Assembly: GCA_030390025.1 (NCBI GenBank)
Contig: CM059431.1
Span: 118,112,001-118,176,000 of the forward strand
From: Squalus acanthias
Taxonomy: Eukaryota
Length of the DNA stretch: 64,000 nt
Direction of reading: 5' to 3'
Part shown: positions 60,136 through 64,000 of the stretch, one piece after another
Layout of the letters: the number at the start of each line of letters is the position of its first letter
How positions within the stretch are numbered: the stretch's first letter is position 1
Made by a program: the position numbers and the translations under genes
The notes under the pieces: generated by a model
The model's input: the letters and a program-made list of their open reading frames with translations, nothing else
What the model was told of the DNA's origin: nothing
Database searches by the model: none

Positions 60136-61566
60136 TCTGCGAGTGGATACTGTCAATCTGAAATCACAGCATAAAATGCTGGAAACACTCAGCTTGTCAG
60201 GCAGCATCTCAACCTAAGACGTGAACTCTGTTTCACTCTCCACGGATGTTACCTGACCTGCTGAGTATTTGCAGCATTTTCTGTCTTCTCAGAGGCCTTC
60301 CTTTACCATCCGAGGCCTTGCAAGCATCCAGCAGCAGTTCCTACACACTTTTTAAAAAATTAACATCAATTGCAGCAAACCACTACTTCAATAAAATCAA
60401 AAAAAAGTCTAAAAGCTTAAATGCAAACTTACCTGAAAGTTGTGTGTGTCCCTTTAAGAGGTGCTGACAGCGCCTCTGTCAGTGTGCTTGCACGCTAGGT
60501 TCATTTGGCGTGCATAGAACCCAGTGCTAAACTCAGCACTAGTGTCAAAGTTTGCAGTGGTGAGGTTAAGTCGGCGTTGCATGCCGACTGACGTCACCAC
60601 TCCGCCATTTTTTTCAGGGCGCTACTTCGGAACGGCAGTGCTACTGGGAGATCGAAAATAGCAAACGCCGCGGGATTTGCCACTAGTTGGCAGAAGAGCG
60701 GCAGCCGCCACTTTCTTCACGTAATGCTGCGCTAACTGGTGGCGCTAACGTTGGGAATTTCTCCCCCTAGGACTGTGGAGGAGCAAAGGGATTTAGGTGT
60801 CCATGTACACAAATCACAAATAGCTATTGTGCAAGTACAAAAAGTAATCAAAAAGGCTGATGAATGTTGGCTTTTATTTCAAGGGAGTTGGAATTGAAAA
60901 CTGCGGAAGCAATTCTTCAGTTTGTAGAGCGTTGCTCACACCCCATCTGTAGTATTGCATTCAGTTTTCCGTACCAAACCTCAGGAAAGATATATTGGCC
61001 TTGGAAGGGGCTTTTTTACAGAGGCCGGAGTCGGGAGGAGCAGAGAGTGGCGGTTCAGTGAGTACTTAAACTCACTTTTGCGGGCTTTTTTTCAGAGGCC
61101 GGAATCAGGAGGAGCAGAGAGTGGTGGTTCAGTGAGTATTTAAACTCACTTTCGCGGGATATTTTTCAAAGGCTTGCCAATCTCACAGACCGGCGGCGGC
61201 GTTCCAGAACCACGTCACGATTCAAAAAGTGATGCGGGCAAGAGGAAGCAGCTGATTGGGTGAATACGGCCAGGTGAGTATTTATACTACTCTATAGTTT
61301 GACAGTTAAGGTTAATAGTTTATAAAATTTAGAAGGTCTTAATTTTGTGGTTATAGTTTCTAAGGTCTCTGTTGTGTAGCGGGGAGTGCTAGTAAACAAG
61401 GGTCCTTGAGTATAACATTTAATTGTACTGTAATTGGTGGTATTGATTTGATTTAATTTAATTTAATTAATTAAAGGGTAAGTCATGGCAGCACAGCTCA
61501 GCCCCGTGGTATTCTATTGTAAGGGGAATAGATAGGCATTTCTGCGGCTGCAAACGAGACTCCAGG

Positions 61567-62001
61567 ATGATATGTTGCCTCCACTGTGCAAGGGTCAAGG
61601 ATGTCTCGGAGCGGCTGCAGGGCATTCTGGAGGGGGAGGGTGAACAGCCAGATGTCATGGTGCATATAGGTACCAACGATATAGGTAAAAAACGGGATGA
61701 GGTCCTAAAAGCTGACTATAGGGAGTTACGAGGTAAATTAAAAAATAGGACATCAAAGGTAGTAATCTCAGGATTGCTACCAGTGCCACGTACTAGTCAG
61801 AGTAGAAATAGAAGGATAGTTCATATGAATACGTGGCTAGAAAAATGGTACAAGGGGGAGGGATTCAAATTCCTGGGACATTGGAACCGGTTCTGGGGGA
61901 GGTGGGACCAGTACAAACTGGACAGTTTGCATCTGGGCAGGACCGGGACCGATGACCTAGGGGGAGTGTTTGCTAGTGCTGTTGGGGAGGGTTTAAACTA
62001 A
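61567..62001 (+). pseudogene. CR1 ORF1 SGNH esterase-like domain (partial)
   Basis: VHIGTNDIG, VVISGLLP and D.LHL motifs. Confidence 0.85.
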
Positions 62002-62530
62002 AATGTCAGGGGGTTGGGAACCTGTGCAGGGAGACAGAGGAAAGAGAAGCAAGGATAGAAACACAAGACAGGAAGGAGAAAAGCAAAAGTGGAAGGCAGA
62101 GAAATCAAGGATGTAAATCAAACATGGCCACAGTAAACAATAATTCTAAATGGTCGAAGAGTCTTAAAAAAACAAGCCTGAAGGCTCTGTGACTTAATGC
62201 GAGGAGCATTCGCAATAAGTTGGATGAATCTGCTGCGCAAATAGATGTAAACGGATATGATACAATTGGAATTATGGAGACATGGCTCCAGGGTGACCAA
62301 GGCTGGGAATTCAACATCCAGGGGTATTCAATATTCAGGAAGCATAGGCAAAAAGGAAAAGGAGGTGGGGTAGCATTGCTGGTTAAAGAGGAGATTAACA
62401 CAATACTAAGGAAGGATATTAGCTCTGATGATGTGGATTGGGGGTAAGGTACTGTCTTGGATAGAAAACTGGTTGGCAGACAGGAAGCAAAGAGTTGCAA
62501 TAAACGGGTCTTTTTGCCGAGTGGCAGGCA

Positions 62531-63469
62531 GTGACTAGTGGGGTACCGCAGGGATCGGTGCTAGGACCCCAGTTATTCACAATATACATTAATGATCTAG
62601 ATGAGGGAACTAGCTGTAATATCTCCAAGTTTGCAGATGACACAAAGCTGGGTGGGCGTGTGTGCTGTGAGGAGGATGCAGAGAAACTCCAGTATGATTT
62701 GGACAGGTTGGGTGATTGGGCAGATGCATGGCAGATGCAGTATAATGTGGATAAATGTGAGGTTATCCACTTTGGTGGCAAAAACAGGAAGGCAGATTAT
62801 TATCTGAACGGCAATAGATTGGGAAAAGGGGAAGTGCAACGAGACCTGGGTGTCCTTGTGCACCAATCGCTGAAGGTAAGCATGCAGGTGCAGCAGGCGG
62901 TTAAGAAGGCAAATGGTATGTTGGCCTTCATAGCAAGAGGATTCAAGTACAGGAGCAAGGATTTCTTGCTGCAGTTGTACAGGGCCTTGGTGAGACCACA
63001 CCTTGAGTATTGTGTGCAGTTTTGGTCACCTTATCTGAGGAAGGATGTTCTGGCCATGGATAGAGTGCAGCGAAGATTCACCAGACTGATACCTAGGATG
63101 GCAGGAATGACGTATGAAGAGAGATTGGGTCAATTGTGCTTGTATTCGCTTGAGATTAGAAGAATGAGAGGGGATCTCATTGAAACTTATAAAATTCTAA
63201 CAGGACTAGACAGACTAGATGCAGGAAGGATGTTCCCGATGATGGGGGAGTCCAGAACAAGAGGTCACAGTCTAAGGATAAGGGGTAAGCCATTTAGGAC
63301 TGAGATGAGGAGGAATTTCTTCACCCAGAGAGTGGTGAACCTGTGGAATTCTCTACCACAGAGGGCAGTTGAGGTTAATTCATTAAATATATTCAACAAG
63401 GAGTTAGATATCTTTCTTAAGGCTAAGGGGATCAAGGAATATGGGGAGAAAGCAGGGACATGGTACTGA
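62531..63469 (+). pseudogene. CR1 ORF2 RT C-terminal half (312 aa open)
   Basis: GVPQGSVLGP, FADDTKL, RPHLEYC, TRGH, WNSLP. Confidence 0.9.
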
Positions 63470-63720
63470 ATTTGGATGATCAGCCATGATCGCATTGAAT
63501 GGAGAAGCAGGCTCGAAGGGCCGAATGGCCTACTCCTGCTCCTATCTTCTATGTTTCTATGTTTCTAGCACAGATTCACTAGAATGATGACAAGGCATAA
63601 AGGGTTAAGTTATGAGAACAGGTTGCATAAACTTGGTTTGTATTCCCTTGAGATTAGTAGGTTGATGCGTGATCTAATCGAGGTATTTCAAATGATAAAG
63701 GGATTCAAAAGGGTAGCTTA

Positions 63721-64000
63721 TTTTAATTCATTCCTGGGATGTGGGCGTCGCTGACAAGGCCAGCATTTATTTTCCATCCCTATTTGCCATTGAGAAGGTG
63801 CTGGTGAGCTGCCTTCTTGAACCGCTGCAGTCCGTGTGGTGAAGGTACTCCTACAGTGCTGTTAAGGATGTAGTTCCAGGATTTTGACCCAGCGACGATG
63901 AAGGAACGGCGATATACTTCCAAGTCAGGATGGTTTGTAACTTGGGGGGGATCTTGGAGGTGGTGCTGTTCCCATGCGCCTGCTGCCCTTGTCCTTCTAG
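63721..64000 (-). mobile_element. LINE 3' end (CR1/L2-group), runs off the window
   Basis: Minus strand encodes WNYILNSTVGVPSPHGLQRFKKAAHQHLL, then a 3' UTR matching 14945-15197. Confidence 0.65.

Larger units (their letters stand above)
57700..60767. mobile_element. Myb-retaining, transposase-deleted Harbinger derivative
   Basis: Ends GGGGGAAAAAGT / AATTTCTCCCCC; TSD TAG; trihelix remnant WDHITEA...TWLQCPKKLHGL (ORF 58965-59531). Confidence 0.8.
61008..63567 (+). mobile_element. CR1 LINE retaining 5' UTR, ORF1 esterase and internally deleted ORF2
   Basis: 5' ~83-bp tandem repeats; ORF1 remnant; EN start NARSIRNKLDE...METWL jumps to RT near 62440; tail (TTCTATG)n. Confidence 0.9.
56330..63720 (+). 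mobile_element. Old CR1 RT fragment hosting three nested insertions
   Basis: Pieces at 56330-56375, 57073-57699, 60771-61010 and 63568-63720 read as colinear decayed RT. Confidence 0.7.

Noticed and set aside
59809..60217. Basic RRKQK-repeat and FCFLL-repeat ORFs
   Set aside because: These are alternative frames of the 15-bp minisatellite derived from a Glu-rich transposase tail

Overview
This is a repeat-dense vertebrate genomic window, most likely from a cartilaginous fish (inferred from CR1 tails, Deu-domain SINEs and the Penelope families). I could not recognise any host-gene exon. It is almost entirely nested mobile DNA. (1) One apparently intact autonomous PIF/Harbinger transposon (18387-22817) carries a 386-aa DDE transposase and a convergent 3-exon, ~517-aa Myb/SANT gene. 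(2) About 20 non-autonomous Harbinger derivatives are present, as MITEs or as copies retaining Myb remnants. (3) There are many CR1 LINE pieces, one long decayed L2 and DeuSINEs. (4) Six Penelope-like insertions carry seven minimal hammerhead ribozyme motifs that show compensatory base changes. (5) Five solo LTRs from three families have 4-bp TSDs. The most unusual signals are a covarying structured-RNA domain at the 3' end of a 1.1-1.4 kb LTR family, two independent Harbinger insertions at the hammerhead cleavage-triplet position of one Penelope repeat, and a MITE group that conserves three GTAAGT splice donors plus a hairpin of fixed position but variable sequence. All assignments were made by eye without database searches. 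Boundaries of decayed elements are approximate.
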